Shown here: positions 48,737-58,248 of the stretch, piece after piece | How positions within the stretch are numbered: position 1 is the stretch's first letter | Layout: the number at the start of each line of letters is the position of its first letter | Assembly (NCBI GenBank): GCA_027022365.1 | Contig: JALVYU010000031.1 | Location: 192,001 to 256,000, forward strand | Source of the DNA: Desulfurococcales archaeon | GTDB lineage: Archaea > Thermoproteota > Thermoprotei_A > Sulfolobales > Desulfurococcaceae | DNA: 64,000 bases | Direction: 5' to 3' | Made by a program: the position numbers and the translations under genes | Notes under the pieces: model-generated | Told to the model about the DNA's origin: nothing | Seen by the model: the letters and a program-made list of their open reading frames with translations, nothing else | The model's database searches: none

Positions 48737-50768
48737 TGGTCTTCCACCTCCTCATGAGATAGAGTCCTGTGCTACTCGTGATCACCCCTAAGAGCAGGAG
48801 GAATAGACCGCCCGCATACAGGGCGCTCGTCATGTAGACGTAGAAACCCGAGTTGCCGAACTGGTCCGCAATAAGTGATGAGATGGTGTACCCTGGTGTG
48901 AAGAGGCACTCGGGTATATTGTAGGTATTGCCTATCGTTAGAGAAACCGCTATCGTTTCCCCCGCAGCTCTTCCTAGACTTAATAGTAGTGACGCTATTA
49001 TCACAGGCCTCATAAGCCTTAATAGGATTCTTATTGTTTCATACTTGGTCATGCCTAGGCTATAGCAAGCCTCTCTGATCTTTCCTGGGATCTGTCTTAT
49101 TCCATCAAGTATGAGGCCAACCATGTATGGCATGATCATGATTCCGAGAATTATTCCGGCAGTAAAGACTGTGTAAGGTGATTCAGGCATACACCCGAAT
49201 ATTGGGATGAACCAAAGTGCTTTATGTGATGGGATCATCAAATCGGATTTTAGATAGTTTGCGAGGAAGAGGGACGCCCACATACCATAAAGGACTGTTG
49301 GTAAACCGGCCATAACCTCTATAATGGTCTCCATGACGCTTTTCAACCCGGTGGGGAGATACTCCTCGATCATTATGGCTAACGATAATCCTGGAGGGAA
49401 TGATATAATTATTGCTAGAAATGAAACCTCTAGAGTACCGATCATAGGGGCGAGAAGACCATAAGCCTCAGCACCTGGGTTATTCTCCACAGGCCTCCAC
49501 GTGCTCGAAGTATAAACCATTAATCCCTCGTGTAGAAAAATTGGGAGTGAGTTATATAGTAGTGTTGATATGAATACAATAAATATTGCCACGACGATTG
49601 CTCCAAATGGTAATAACGCTAGGAAGAATAACCTGTCTCCCTTCATAGGGGGTTCATCCCCCGCTTTTATGAGTTTGACAGCTCTGACAATAATCTCCTT
49701 GACCGGGCCAGGTAGAGGTGCATAGCCGGGTATTATGTGCTTATCGCCCGAACTGACTATCCAGGAGAGAAAATCCCCGATAGCCTCCGCCTTGTGAAGC
49801 GGGTATTTTGCCCATATAATTATGTGTGTGAAACAAGTAATCGGATAGGATAGCTTTCCAGGTGAATACACTATTGCTTCCAGCTCCCTGCTGAAATCCC
49901 CGGTAGGACTACCTGGGAGGAGGCCTGTTCTGGCAGCGTTTTCACCAGCAGTTATTATCGTCGTAGTGTTCGGCTCCACATAGTACCCGGCTCTATTCCT
50001 AAGGAGAGCTATATCCAGCCCATATCTAATGGCGTAGGATAGTTCGACATAACCTATACTATACGGCGTGTTCTTTACGATCGAGACTATTCCTGCATTG
50101 CCCTTCCCGCCAAGCCCCCTACCTGTCCTATCGACGGGCCATTCGATATCCTTGCCGACAAGTCTCTCTGGCCATAGACCATTGCTTGATCTATAGAGGT
50201 AATACGTAAATATTTCCGTTGTCCCGCTAGAGTCACTTCTATGAACAACTATTATTTTAGCATGAGGTAGCAGATTCGATATGCCTGGATTAGATTTCTT
50301 GATGTAACTATTATCCCAGTATTTTATCTTTCCGAGATAAATCATAGATAATACCTCGCCGTCGAGTCTTAACCTATGGCCTCCTAGTCCCGGAATATTG
50401 TAGATCACGGCTACTGCGCCCAGAACAATGGGTAATTGTAGTATTCGTCCCTTGTACTCTAGCCATGTCTTGTGGCTTAGCGGTGGATCACTACCGCAGA
50501 AATCTGTTAGGTGTTCAAAGAACTGTTGCTGACCTGCGCCACTACCTACTCCATTGTATTCTATAGTTATAGACGGGTGGACTTTATGGAAGAGTGTCAT
50601 CCATGCCATGAGCTGTAGTTGCAGGAACGTTGAACCGGACCCCCGGATATGGATGGTCTCCTTGTTTCCAGCTATTAGGCCCGGGGTCGTGAGGCTTAAT
50701 ATGAGGGCGAGGATGAAGAGTATTGTTAGAAATAATATTCTCCTTCTATGCATCCATATAGTGATCAT
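48729..50768 (-). CDS. pstS/pstC: In-frame PstS-PstC fusion (phosphate-binding protein + permease); PstC part begins at ATG 49646
   Basis: PstS motifs GSGSTF, GSGAG, GSDPPL, RSDSSGTT, IGYVE, YPI; PstC motifs PTVLYG, GRAAGETIAV, IADQF. Confidence 0.88.
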   Translation of the reverse strand: MITIWMHRRRILFLTILFILALILSLTTPGLIAGNKETIHIRGSGSTFLQLQLMAWMTLFHKVHPSITIEYNGVGSGAGQQQFFEHLTDFCGSDPPLSHKTWLEYKGRILQLPIVLGAVAVIYNIPGLGGHRLRLDGEVLSMIYLGKIKYWDNSYIKKSNPGISNLLPHAKIIVVHRSDSSGTTEIFTYYLYRSSNGLWPERLVGKDIEWPVDRTGRGLGGKGNAGIVSIVKNTPYSIGYVELSYAIRYGLDIALLRNRAGYYVEPNTTTIITAGENAARTGLLPGSPTGDFSRELEAIVYSPGKLSYPITCFTHIIIWAKYPLHKAEAIGDFLSWIVSSGDKHIIPGYAPLPGPVKEIIVRAVKLIKAGDEPPMKGDRLFFLALLPFGAIVVAIFIVFISTLLYNSLPIFLHEGLMVYTSSTWRPVENNPGAEAYGLLAPMIGTLEVSFLAIIISFPPGLSLAIMIEEYLPTGLKSVMETIIEVMAGLPTVLYGMWASLFLANYLKSDLMIPSHKALWFIPIFGCMPESPYTVFTAGIILGIMIMPYMVGLILDGIRQIPGKIREACYSLGMTKYETIRILLRLMRPVIIASLLLSLGRAAGETIAVSLTIGNTYNIPECLFTPGYTISSLIADQFGNSGFYVYMTSALYAGGLFLLLLGVITSSTGLYLMRRWKTSV

Positions 50769-50836
50769 CCTTTGCCCTGTTAACTCTCTGTCAGCTTATA
50801 GAGTTTTTAACGGGCATCCATGGAGGATCACTGGTG

Positions 50837-50873
50837 TATGTAGGGCATGGTTAGTTTATATAGATGTATATAG
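50837..50873. promoter_or_regulatory. Helically phased TAT(A/G)TAG repeats between the divergent pst and phoU genes (candidate phosphate-regulator boxes)
   Basis: TATGTAG 50837, TATATAG 50857, TATATAG 50867, all in a 10-bp register. Confidence 0.45.
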
Positions 50874-50905
50874 GTAGAATAGAGGTTAGAACACCTATAG
50901 CGGAT

Positions 50906-51961
50906 ATGAAGGGACCCGTATTGGACAACAAGTACAAGCGGAAAGTACAGCTGACGGGGAGCTCAACCTATATCGTCAGCCTACCAAAAGACTGGATCAG
51001 AAGACTAGGTATAAAGCAGGGATGCGAAGTACTGATCAATATCATGCCGGACAACTCGCTCAAAATCACGCCCCTGATATCTAGGGAGAAGGGAAAAGAA
51101 CCTCCACGTATAAAGTTGATCCAAGTCAAAGACATCTGTGGAGACGCATTAGTAATAGAGATGATCTCCGCCTACCTCGCAGGCTACGATCAGATAATTC
51201 TTGAGTACCCAGTCGAGCTAGAACACAAGATCCTCGAACAGATCGAGAAGGTACAGGCGAAGACTGTTGGGCTCGAGGTCCTCGAGGAAGAGCCTGGCCG
51301 GCTGAAACTCTATATGATAGTTGACAACACTAGTCTAAGCATCCACGAGTCATTAGAGAAGATGATGAGCATAGCTGTTCTCATGATAGATAATGCTCTC
51401 AAGTTCTTAAAGGAGGGAAAAGAAGTTCTTTTGCAGAGTATTGTCAGGAAGGATGACACGGTCGACAAGCTATTTTTGCTTATTATGAGGCAACTGAACC
51501 AGGTGCTTTCAGGTAGAATAGGCCTGGATAAGACCGGGCTGAAGACTTATCCCGAGATAACATATCTAGTGATTGTGGCTAAGAGTATCGAGAGAATAGC
51601 TGATCATGCCGTACTGTTGTCCAAGTATATAACCAAGATAGACCGTGCAATGGATGTATATCGGGACGTCTACGAGCTACTCGACCTGGCCAAACAAGCA
51701 TACATGTTATCAATAAGAGGATTCAGACTACATGATACAAAACTAGCTCTTAAAGCACTTAACAAGATAAGCGAAGCAGAAAAACGCCTCGATAACTTCA
51801 GGGAAACTCTACCCCCGACCGACGGTCTTAACGCAATATATCCAGTACTAGAGAGCATCAACAGGATAATCGCTTACAGCAGAGATATTGTGGAAGCAAC
51901 ATATAATCTAGCAACATACAGGGAACTGATCGGCTATGCAGAACACAAGGAGAAAGTCTGA
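50906..51961 (+). CDS. phoU: AbrB-PhoU phosphate uptake regulator
   Basis: RKVQLTGSSTYIVSLPKDW, SAYLAGYD, DDTVDKL, IERIADHA; divergent from the pst operon. Confidence 0.9.
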   Translation: MKGPVLDNKYKRKVQLTGSSTYIVSLPKDWIRRLGIKQGCEVLINIMPDNSLKITPLISREKGKEPPRIKLIQVKDICGDALVIEMISAYLAGYDQIILEYPVELEHKILEQIEKVQAKTVGLEVLEEEPGRLKLYMIVDNTSLSIHESLEKMMSIAVLMIDNALKFLKEGKEVLLQSIVRKDDTVDKLFLLIMRQLNQVLSGRIGLDKTGLKTYPEITYLVIVAKSIERIADHAVLLSKYITKIDRAMDVYRDVYELLDLAKQAYMLSIRGFRLHDTKLALKALNKISEAEKRLDNFRETLPPTDGLNAIYPVLESINRIIAYSRDIVEATYNLATYRELIGYAEHKEKV

Positions 51962-52805
51962 ACTAAGACTCCTTGAGGGGGAACCAGTACAGTATAAGGG
52001 CGCAATATGGATTGTCAAGGGAGAGCAACACCCTCCCGGATACTTGGTGGCTTATCCCCGCTATGATCTAGTAAGAAGAGACAAGCTATCAAGTCATGAG
52101 AAGAATATACTTATCCGAGAACATCTCTTCTATTGGGACTGCCTTGACCTACGTGTACCCGTTATACCTCTTCATAATACGGTACAATACTATAGGGGAT
52201 CATCGTGGCAAGCCGATTTGACAAAAACTATTATGGAGCAGATCATAGGTGATCTGGGCGAGGTAATTGTCTCGGGATCATCAATAATTATGAGAGGCAA
52301 CGATGTAGACCTAGTCATTTACACAATCAAGCCTGCATTGGCAGTAGAGAAGATAAAGGAGAACCTAGGTGTTCTAATCGAAGAAGCAGGGACAGGCGAT
52401 CTGTATAGGGAGTGGTTGTTGAAGCATAAATCTACTCTGTCTTTCCAAGAATATCTTAGTTTAAAGATGAATAGCCTGCTACACACTAAGATACTAGGCT
52501 ATCCTGTTAGCTTGAGAATAGTCCCCTATTATCACGGCTTCTCATCATGTATAGATCCCGTCTTTTTACGGAAAAGATACTCTGGTTATCTGGATATTGT
52601 AAAGCCCCTCAGCCCATATACTACTCCTGCGAGATTCCTTGCCAAGCTATCCGATGGAGAAAATATTGTCCTTGAGACCCGGAGAATACTGTATGCAGAG
52701 GCGCAGATCGGCAGGTACTTCTTAGAAAACGGTTATATCGAAGTGAGGGAGACTGGTAAGTATATTGTACCTGATCACGGTATACTTCACCCGGTCAATG
52801 TATAA
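51936..52805 (+). CDS. Predicted archaeal nucleotidyltransferase (Pol beta superfamily, COG1665-like)
   Basis: VKGEQHPPGYLVAYPRY; VSGS.....NDVDLVIY. Start uncertain. Confidence 0.65.
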   Translation: MQNTRRKSELRLLEGEPVQYKGAIWIVKGEQHPPGYLVAYPRYDLVRRDKLSSHEKNILIREHLFYWDCLDLRVPVIPLHNTVQYYRGSSWQADLTKTIMEQIIGDLGEVIVSGSSIIMRGNDVDLVIYTIKPALAVEKIKENLGVLIEEAGTGDLYREWLLKHKSTLSFQEYLSLKMNSLLHTKILGYPVSLRIVPYYHGFSSCIDPVFLRKRYSGYLDIVKPLSPYTTPARFLAKLSDGENIVLETRRILYAEAQIGRYFLENGYIEVRETGKYIVPDHGILHPVNV

Positions 52806-53535
52806 GTGACCTTATCCTATCCAACGCTACTTTGAGGTAGGGTTCGATCTCATCTACGAGTTCATATGGTTTACCGATAAGCAGGTCCATGTTGCTGATA
52901 TAAGGTATATTGCCGAGGTACTCCAAGCCGTATTTCTCAGCCAATTGTTTTAAGGGGCCCGGCTCAGACGCCATGTTCTCGATCAAACCGATTATCTCGT
53001 GGCCGAGATCAATGAGAACCTTGACGAGTTTCTCAACGCTTTTTATTGCTAGGGGGCTGGGGGTGCCGACTATTAAGGGTCTCGGTGAAGGTATATATGT
53101 TAATATGTCGAGGGCTTCGTCCCGGATTCCGGGCGGTGTATCGATAATGAGGACTTTTACTCCCGGCCAATTCGTGATACATAGTATTTCTTTGAATACT
53201 TCATCTACATACTTCCCTCTGAGAGGCATTGGCTCGTCACCGCTATAGTATGCGGTCGTCATGAATCTCACACCAGCAACCCTTGGAGGCACGACCCCCT
53301 TCTCCTCCTCAGGCCACGAGCTAATATCGGCGCCTAGTAATACGTGTAGACCGGGATTAGTAAAGTCAAGATCCAATAGCCCTGTCTCGACACCGCTACG
53401 TGCCAGCAGAACCGCTAGTGATCCCGCAATAACTGTTTTGCCTACCCCGCCCTTACTGCTCATGACGGGTACAATAACCTTTATCTCAGAGAGCTTCTCT
53501 CTTGCAGCCAGAAGCCTCGGATCTATCCTTATCAC
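52795..53535 (-). CDS. hypB: Mrp/MinD-type ATPase, probably hydrogenase maturation mmHypB
   Basis: IDPR.....L, KGGVGKT, DLDF, EEEKGVVPP, DTPPG, ENM without CxxC; directly downstream of hypA as in Thermococcales. Confidence 0.75.
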   Translation of the reverse strand: MIRIDPRLLAAREKLSEIKVIVPVMSSKGGVGKTVIAGSLAVLLARSGVETGLLDLDFTNPGLHVLLGADISSWPEEEKGVVPPRVAGVRFMTTAYYSGDEPMPLRGKYVDEVFKEILCITNWPGVKVLIIDTPPGIRDEALDILTYIPSPRPLIVGTPSPLAIKSVEKLVKVLIDLGHEIIGLIENMASEPGPLKQLAEKYGLEYLGNIPYISNMDLLIGKPYELVDEIEPYLKVALDRIRSLIH

Positions 53536-53537
53536 GG

Positions 53538-53936
53538 CTACTCCACCTCGATCAGGGTCACATCTACTCCTCTCCCCTTCACTATGTCAAAGTCACGACT
53601 ACCACACACCGGGCATTTGTAGTATGAGAAAATAGTCTCGGGGACAAAATGTATGGCTTCTCTGACTGTGTCGTCGAAAACACTCATGTCAGGCTTCCAC
53701 TCGTGCCCGCATTTCCTGCACCGTAGGACAGGTTCTTCGTCCTCGAAATCTATCTTCTCAACTGTATAACCCATGCTCTCTAGTATTTCTTTCAATGCGA
53801 AGCCGAGTATCTCCTTATCGATGCTTTGAAGAACCCCTAATTTCACGATAATCCTCTTGATAATCTTTTTCTCGCCACCGATCCTATGCATGATATATCT
53901 TGCTAGGGCATCGGCGAGAGCCCATTCATGAACCAT
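53538..53936 (-). CDS. hypA: Hydrogenase nickel incorporation protein
   Basis: M(V)HEWALA, CRKCG, AIHFVPE, CPVCGSRDF...GRGV. Confidence 0.93.
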   Translation of the reverse strand: MVHEWALADALARYIMHRIGGEKKIIKRIIVKLGVLQSIDKEILGFALKEILESMGYTVEKIDFEDEEPVLRCRKCGHEWKPDMSVFDDTVREAIHFVPETIFSYYKCPVCGSRDFDIVKGRGVDVTLIEVE

Positions 53937-54055
53937 AGGGGGTCCACCAATCACGGAATATGATGTTGTGGGATAAAATAAATATCATGTAGTGTCTTAA
54001 ATAGGATATATGATCATCCTATAACTGGCGAGTAATTAGCTAGGGAGATAACATT

Positions 54056-54667
54056 ATGGTTGACATTCACAAAGTATATTTATGGATCGATAGATACCCT
54101 GATTTCGCTTTCTACATGATTGCTGCGGTGAATATTATAATTCAATTATTCCTAGGAGTCGGCCTTCATTTCGTGGTCTCTGTACTGGCCCTTATGTTTT
54201 GTAACTTCTTGATTGTGCTGGCGACAAATCTCTTAATGAAGAACTTGTTAAGGGCGAGCAGACCACCTGCATACTATAGGGTTCACGGAGATGGTTCGAG
54301 GATTTTCAGAGGATCATTTCCCAGCCTCCATGCTCAGTTCGCCTTCGCGATGGCCACTACATTTGTTGTGGCCCTATATATCTATGAGGGATGCCGTTTA
54401 CTGACGCCTCGAATGATGGTAGCAATACCTATTGTATACTCTATGGCGTTCATTGTTGCGATGTCTAGGTACTTGATAGTGGTTCATCATCTCCAAGACG
54501 TTTTGGGCGGAATAATATTCGGGGTAGTCTTCTCGCTTCCACTCACATTGTATATTTATGGAGCATTCGACGAGCTCCCCCTCGTCCTCCAAGCGTTCTT
54601 CGGCTTGTTCTTCTTACTCCTGGTCTTTCTCCTATCGCATTATGAGAGGAGGCATGTGTCAGCCTAG
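54056..54667 (+). CDS. PAP2 family membrane phosphatase
   Basis: KNLLRASRP, SFPSLHA, SRYLIVVHHLQDVLGG. Confidence 0.85.
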   Translation: MVDIHKVYLWIDRYPDFAFYMIAAVNIIIQLFLGVGLHFVVSVLALMFCNFLIVLATNLLMKNLLRASRPPAYYRVHGDGSRIFRGSFPSLHAQFAFAMATTFVVALYIYEGCRLLTPRMMVAIPIVYSMAFIVAMSRYLIVVHHLQDVLGGIIFGVVFSLPLTLYIYGAFDELPLVLQAFFGLFFLLLVFLLSHYERRHVSA

Positions 54668-55812
54668 ATGATCAACGGCATGTTCTCCGCCCATATCCTG
54701 CACGTTCCCTCACTGCTAACCATACAGGGCCCGTAAGGGTTCTCGGGCGTGCATCTCTTCATGAATAATGGGCAGTCCGTTGGCTTGGCTGCTCCCAAGA
54801 CTACGTCTGGGCAACGGCATCCCGGGAGGTGCTCGCGTGGACCGGGTTTCTCCTCGATGCCTAGGACTGCGGCGAGGTCTCTATTCCTGTATTCTTTCTT
54901 TGGATAGGCACCGCTATCGGGGATGTAGCCTATGGCTCTCCAATAGGCGGTTCTAGCCTCGTATACTTTCTGAATGGCTTTTTTCGCCGAGATGTTTCCC
55001 TCGGGCCTGACAACCCTCGTGTACTCGTTTACTAGGCGCGGCTTGTCCTCGAGCTTCATCTCGAGGATATACTTTACTGCGAGGAGCACGTCCACGGGCT
55101 CAAAACCCGAGACGACGACTGGTATGTTGTATTCTTCTGGGAGGAAAACCCATGCATTGGCGCCAATAATGGATGATACATGTCCAGGGGCTATTACTCC
55201 GTCTAAACGTATGTCTGGCCTGTTTTCCAGTAGGTGCTTCATCACAGGCGGTGTGAGCCTGTAGGCGTGGAGGATCAGGAGATTTTCCGGGACGCTGTGG
55301 GCCATGAGGGGGAAAGCGGTTGTAGGCATCGTGGTCTCGAAGCCTACTGCGAAGAACACGTGCTTCTCATCCTTCTCTCTTAACGCGTGTTTTAGTGAGT
55401 CGAGGAAACTATAGACAACCCTAACCTTACCGCCAGAAGCATGCGCCTCATACAGGCTCCTAACGCCTCTGATCCTTGTTCCCGGCAGCTTGTATGCGTC
55501 GCCATATGTATGTATAACGTATTCCTCAAAACTCAGGTCGATGAGCAGATCGACATAGTACCCCGGAGTGATACATACAGGGCATCCAGGCCCAGCGATA
55601 AGCTCTACGTTATCCGGCATTAATGTCCTGAGACCGTAATGCGATATTGTCCACTCGTGGGTTCCACAGAAATTCATTATTTTCAGAACATCACCGTATT
55701 CCCTCGCGAGAAGATGGATCTCATCAACTATTTTATTTGCCCTCGGGTTTCTCTCGAAGACATGTTTAATAGTCCCGATAATATTGTCTCCCGGCAAAAC
55801 GATAAGCACCAT
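54664..55812 (-). CDS. hypD: Hydrogenase maturation protein
   Basis: CGTHE, GPGCPVC, GFETT, PGHVS, GFEP, CPLF..CTP..PYGPCMVSSEGTC. Confidence 0.96.
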   Translation of the reverse strand: MVLIVLPGDNIIGTIKHVFERNPRANKIVDEIHLLAREYGDVLKIMNFCGTHEWTISHYGLRTLMPDNVELIAGPGCPVCITPGYYVDLLIDLSFEEYVIHTYGDAYKLPGTRIRGVRSLYEAHASGGKVRVVYSFLDSLKHALREKDEKHVFFAVGFETTMPTTAFPLMAHSVPENLLILHAYRLTPPVMKHLLENRPDIRLDGVIAPGHVSSIIGANAWVFLPEEYNIPVVVSGFEPVDVLLAVKYILEMKLEDKPRLVNEYTRVVRPEGNISAKKAIQKVYEARTAYWRAIGYIPDSGAYPKKEYRNRDLAAVLGIEEKPGPREHLPGCRCPDVVLGAAKPTDCPLFMKRCTPENPYGPCMVSSEGTCRIWAENMPLII

Positions 55813-55946
55813 CCGCTCAACGAGTGTTCGAGGATCTTATATGGTTAATGCCCTCTATTATAGGAATATCGTTATCTACCCCTTTGTGTAACGTTTTGTA
55901 TACAGCTTTATATGAGCCTACCAAGTAAGCATTGTTCATCTATACG

Positions 55947-57182
55947 TTATTTTATTAATTTAACAAGCACTTTTTCTCCCTCGGCGTATCCTTCGATATG
56001 CCCAGGTATGATCACGTAGCCATCGCTTCTCGATAGACTGGACAGTATACCGCTTCCCTTCAGCATGTAGGGCTCCGCATAGATTATATCGTCCCCATAT
56101 GTCAGCCTAACCCTTATGAGGCTAGTATACCCGACACGGTTAGGCAGGCTCCTACGGAGAACCGCTACAGCTACAGGTCTCTCCAGCCCCCTTAATCCAT
56201 ACTTGTTTATCATGGCTTGTCTCAGGATAAGCTCCAGGCCCGTCCACGCGGCGACAGGGTATCCGCTGAGCATTAGCACGGGCTTATCGTTCACGAGCGC
56301 CAAGCTGGTGGGCCTCCCCGGCCTCATCGCCACTCCTCGGAAAACCCATTCTCCCAGATCCTCGACAACATCCCTTACGATATCGCCCTCGCTTACGCTC
56401 GTGCCTCCAGTGGTCAATACTATGTCGTAGCGCCATGTAGCGTACTCGATAGCCTCCCGTATCGCATCGTAGTCGTCCGGATAGATCCCGAGGTAATCGG
56501 CCTTGAAAAGCCCTGTCTCCTCAAGATACGCTTTGACGAGATATCCTGTGGAGGCATATATTTTCCCCTCAATGTACGGTTTCCCCGGTTCTAGTAGCTC
56601 ATTACCAGTACTGATGATCGCGGCCGATAGTCTCCCATATACTCTGACCCTATCAATCCCGTTACTAGCGATTATCCCTATGTGCTGGGCCCTGATCCTC
56701 TCGCCTCTCGGAACGATAACTGAGCCTTTGGAGAAGTCCTCGCCTTTCCTCGAGACGTTAGCATACGGGCTGACAGGAGAGTATACCTCTACCTCGTCGC
56801 CCATCTTCATTGTGTCCTCATACATTACCACCGCGTCCGCCCCCCTAGGCAGAGGCGCACCAGTATGTATCTCGACGGCTTCTCCAGGGCCAACCACGTG
56901 TTTGTCGGGCTTATCCCCCGGCTTCATCGAGCCCACTATTCTGAGCACGGCCGGGTTGTTTACACTGGCTCCTTGGACATCTATCGATCTAACAGCATAG
57001 CCGTCGACAGCACTACGGTCGAACTCCGGCATATCGATCCTCGCCACTATGTCCTCGGCGGAGTAGCACCCCAGCGAATTAATTAGCTCAACACTCCTGA
57101 TAGGAAGATTCTTGGGTAGTACCTTGGCTAATCTATTGATCGCTTCATCCACACCGATTAGTTTCCCTAGGAACCTGGGCAT
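55947..57182 (-). CDS. moeA: Molybdopterin molybdenum/tungsten transferase
   Basis: FDRSAVDGYAV, TGAPLP.GADAVVM.E, STGNEL, TGGTS, MRPGRP, GSG..SSL. Confidence 0.95.
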   Translation of the reverse strand: MPRFLGKLIGVDEAINRLAKVLPKNLPIRSVELINSLGCYSAEDIVARIDMPEFDRSAVDGYAVRSIDVQGASVNNPAVLRIVGSMKPGDKPDKHVVGPGEAVEIHTGAPLPRGADAVVMYEDTMKMGDEVEVYSPVSPYANVSRKGEDFSKGSVIVPRGERIRAQHIGIIASNGIDRVRVYGRLSAAIISTGNELLEPGKPYIEGKIYASTGYLVKAYLEETGLFKADYLGIYPDDYDAIREAIEYATWRYDIVLTTGGTSVSEGDIVRDVVEDLGEWVFRGVAMRPGRPTSLALVNDKPVLMLSGYPVAAWTGLELILRQAMINKYGLRGLERPVAVAVLRRSLPNRVGYTSLIRVRLTYGDDIIYAEPYMLKGSGILSSLSRSDGYVIIPGHIEGYAEGEKVLVKLIK

Positions 57183-57310
57183 ATCTGTCACACCATGTCC
57201 TCTCATGGCTTGCCCTTTCCGCTCCTGAATAGGTTTAGCCTGGAAACAATTAATAATAGATATGATATGACTATATGGTTGAAGCCCGTAATTTATGTAA
57301 GTGATGCCAA

Positions 57311-58246
57311 ATGACCAACAAATACATTAAGTTGCTGGCGGCGGCCCTAGTGGGGATAGCCCTCCTTTCAGCAATTATTTATGTATCAATATCCAATAAA
57401 CCTCAGGGAACCAGCAATAGTGTCCAATATGTTCCTAGAGAACTTCTCAAACTCTATGTTTTATCCAGCCTATACCTAGATAGGGCGAGCTCATCACTAT
57501 ACCATACAATCTATGATTTACCTTTATCAACCAACATAACTATGGATAATATAGACCAGCTGCTTTCCCGCTATAAACAAGACGAGAAGTATCTCCCCCT
57601 GGTTCCCGTCACAGGCATTGATCGATATCTCGTTGGAACCTATGAAACATACAGAGAGATAGCGTTCATAGCCAGGGATATAATAACCATAAATAATAGT
57701 GTTTCGGAGATAATGCCGAAAATGAAAAAGACACTAAGATCTCTGGTGAACTGCAACTATACTGAGGCCATGAGGATCTATCAAGGAATCAGAGACAAGG
57801 TAGTCCGCCTCGATGAAAACATCAGTAATACGCTACTTAACCTCACGAGCATCAATACATCCTATATCTTGTCGCCAAAACATGTACAAGTAATCAATAG
57901 GACTATAGCACTGCTCAGACATCTAGACGAAATACTTAACAAATACATCACGATAATGGATGAGATCCAGAAAAACCCGATCATACTGCAAAAAGCATGT
58001 ATGATAACATCAGGGAAACATCCGGGTATCGACAAACAACTGATCGAACAGGCACAGGAACTAGTCAACCAGATGAGTAACTCGCAGCTCGGCGGCCTCG
58101 ATCCCGAGAAGGACGCACTCGTGGCCCTCATAAGCAACATATTGTCTCAGAACAGTAATGGTGGTCAAGGACAATCAAGTGGTAATGCAAGTGGTAATGG
58201 AGAGGGCGGAGGCGCAGGCTCATATAACTACACGGAGACGGACTAG
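57311..58246 (+). CDS. Membrane-anchored helical protein with Gly/Ser/Asn-rich tail
   Basis: N-terminal TM; several NxT/S sequons; C-terminal GGQGQSSGNASGNGEGGGAG. Confidence 0.75.
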   Translation: MTNKYIKLLAAALVGIALLSAIIYVSISNKPQGTSNSVQYVPRELLKLYVLSSLYLDRASSSLYHTIYDLPLSTNITMDNIDQLLSRYKQDEKYLPLVPVTGIDRYLVGTYETYREIAFIARDIITINNSVSEIMPKMKKTLRSLVNCNYTEAMRIYQGIRDKVVRLDENISNTLLNLTSINTSYILSPKHVQVINRTIALLRHLDEILNKYITIMDEIQKNPIILQKACMITSGKHPGIDKQLIEQAQELVNQMSNSQLGGLDPEKDALVALISNILSQNSNGGQGQSSGNASGNGEGGGAGSYNYTETD

Positions 58247-58248
58247 TA

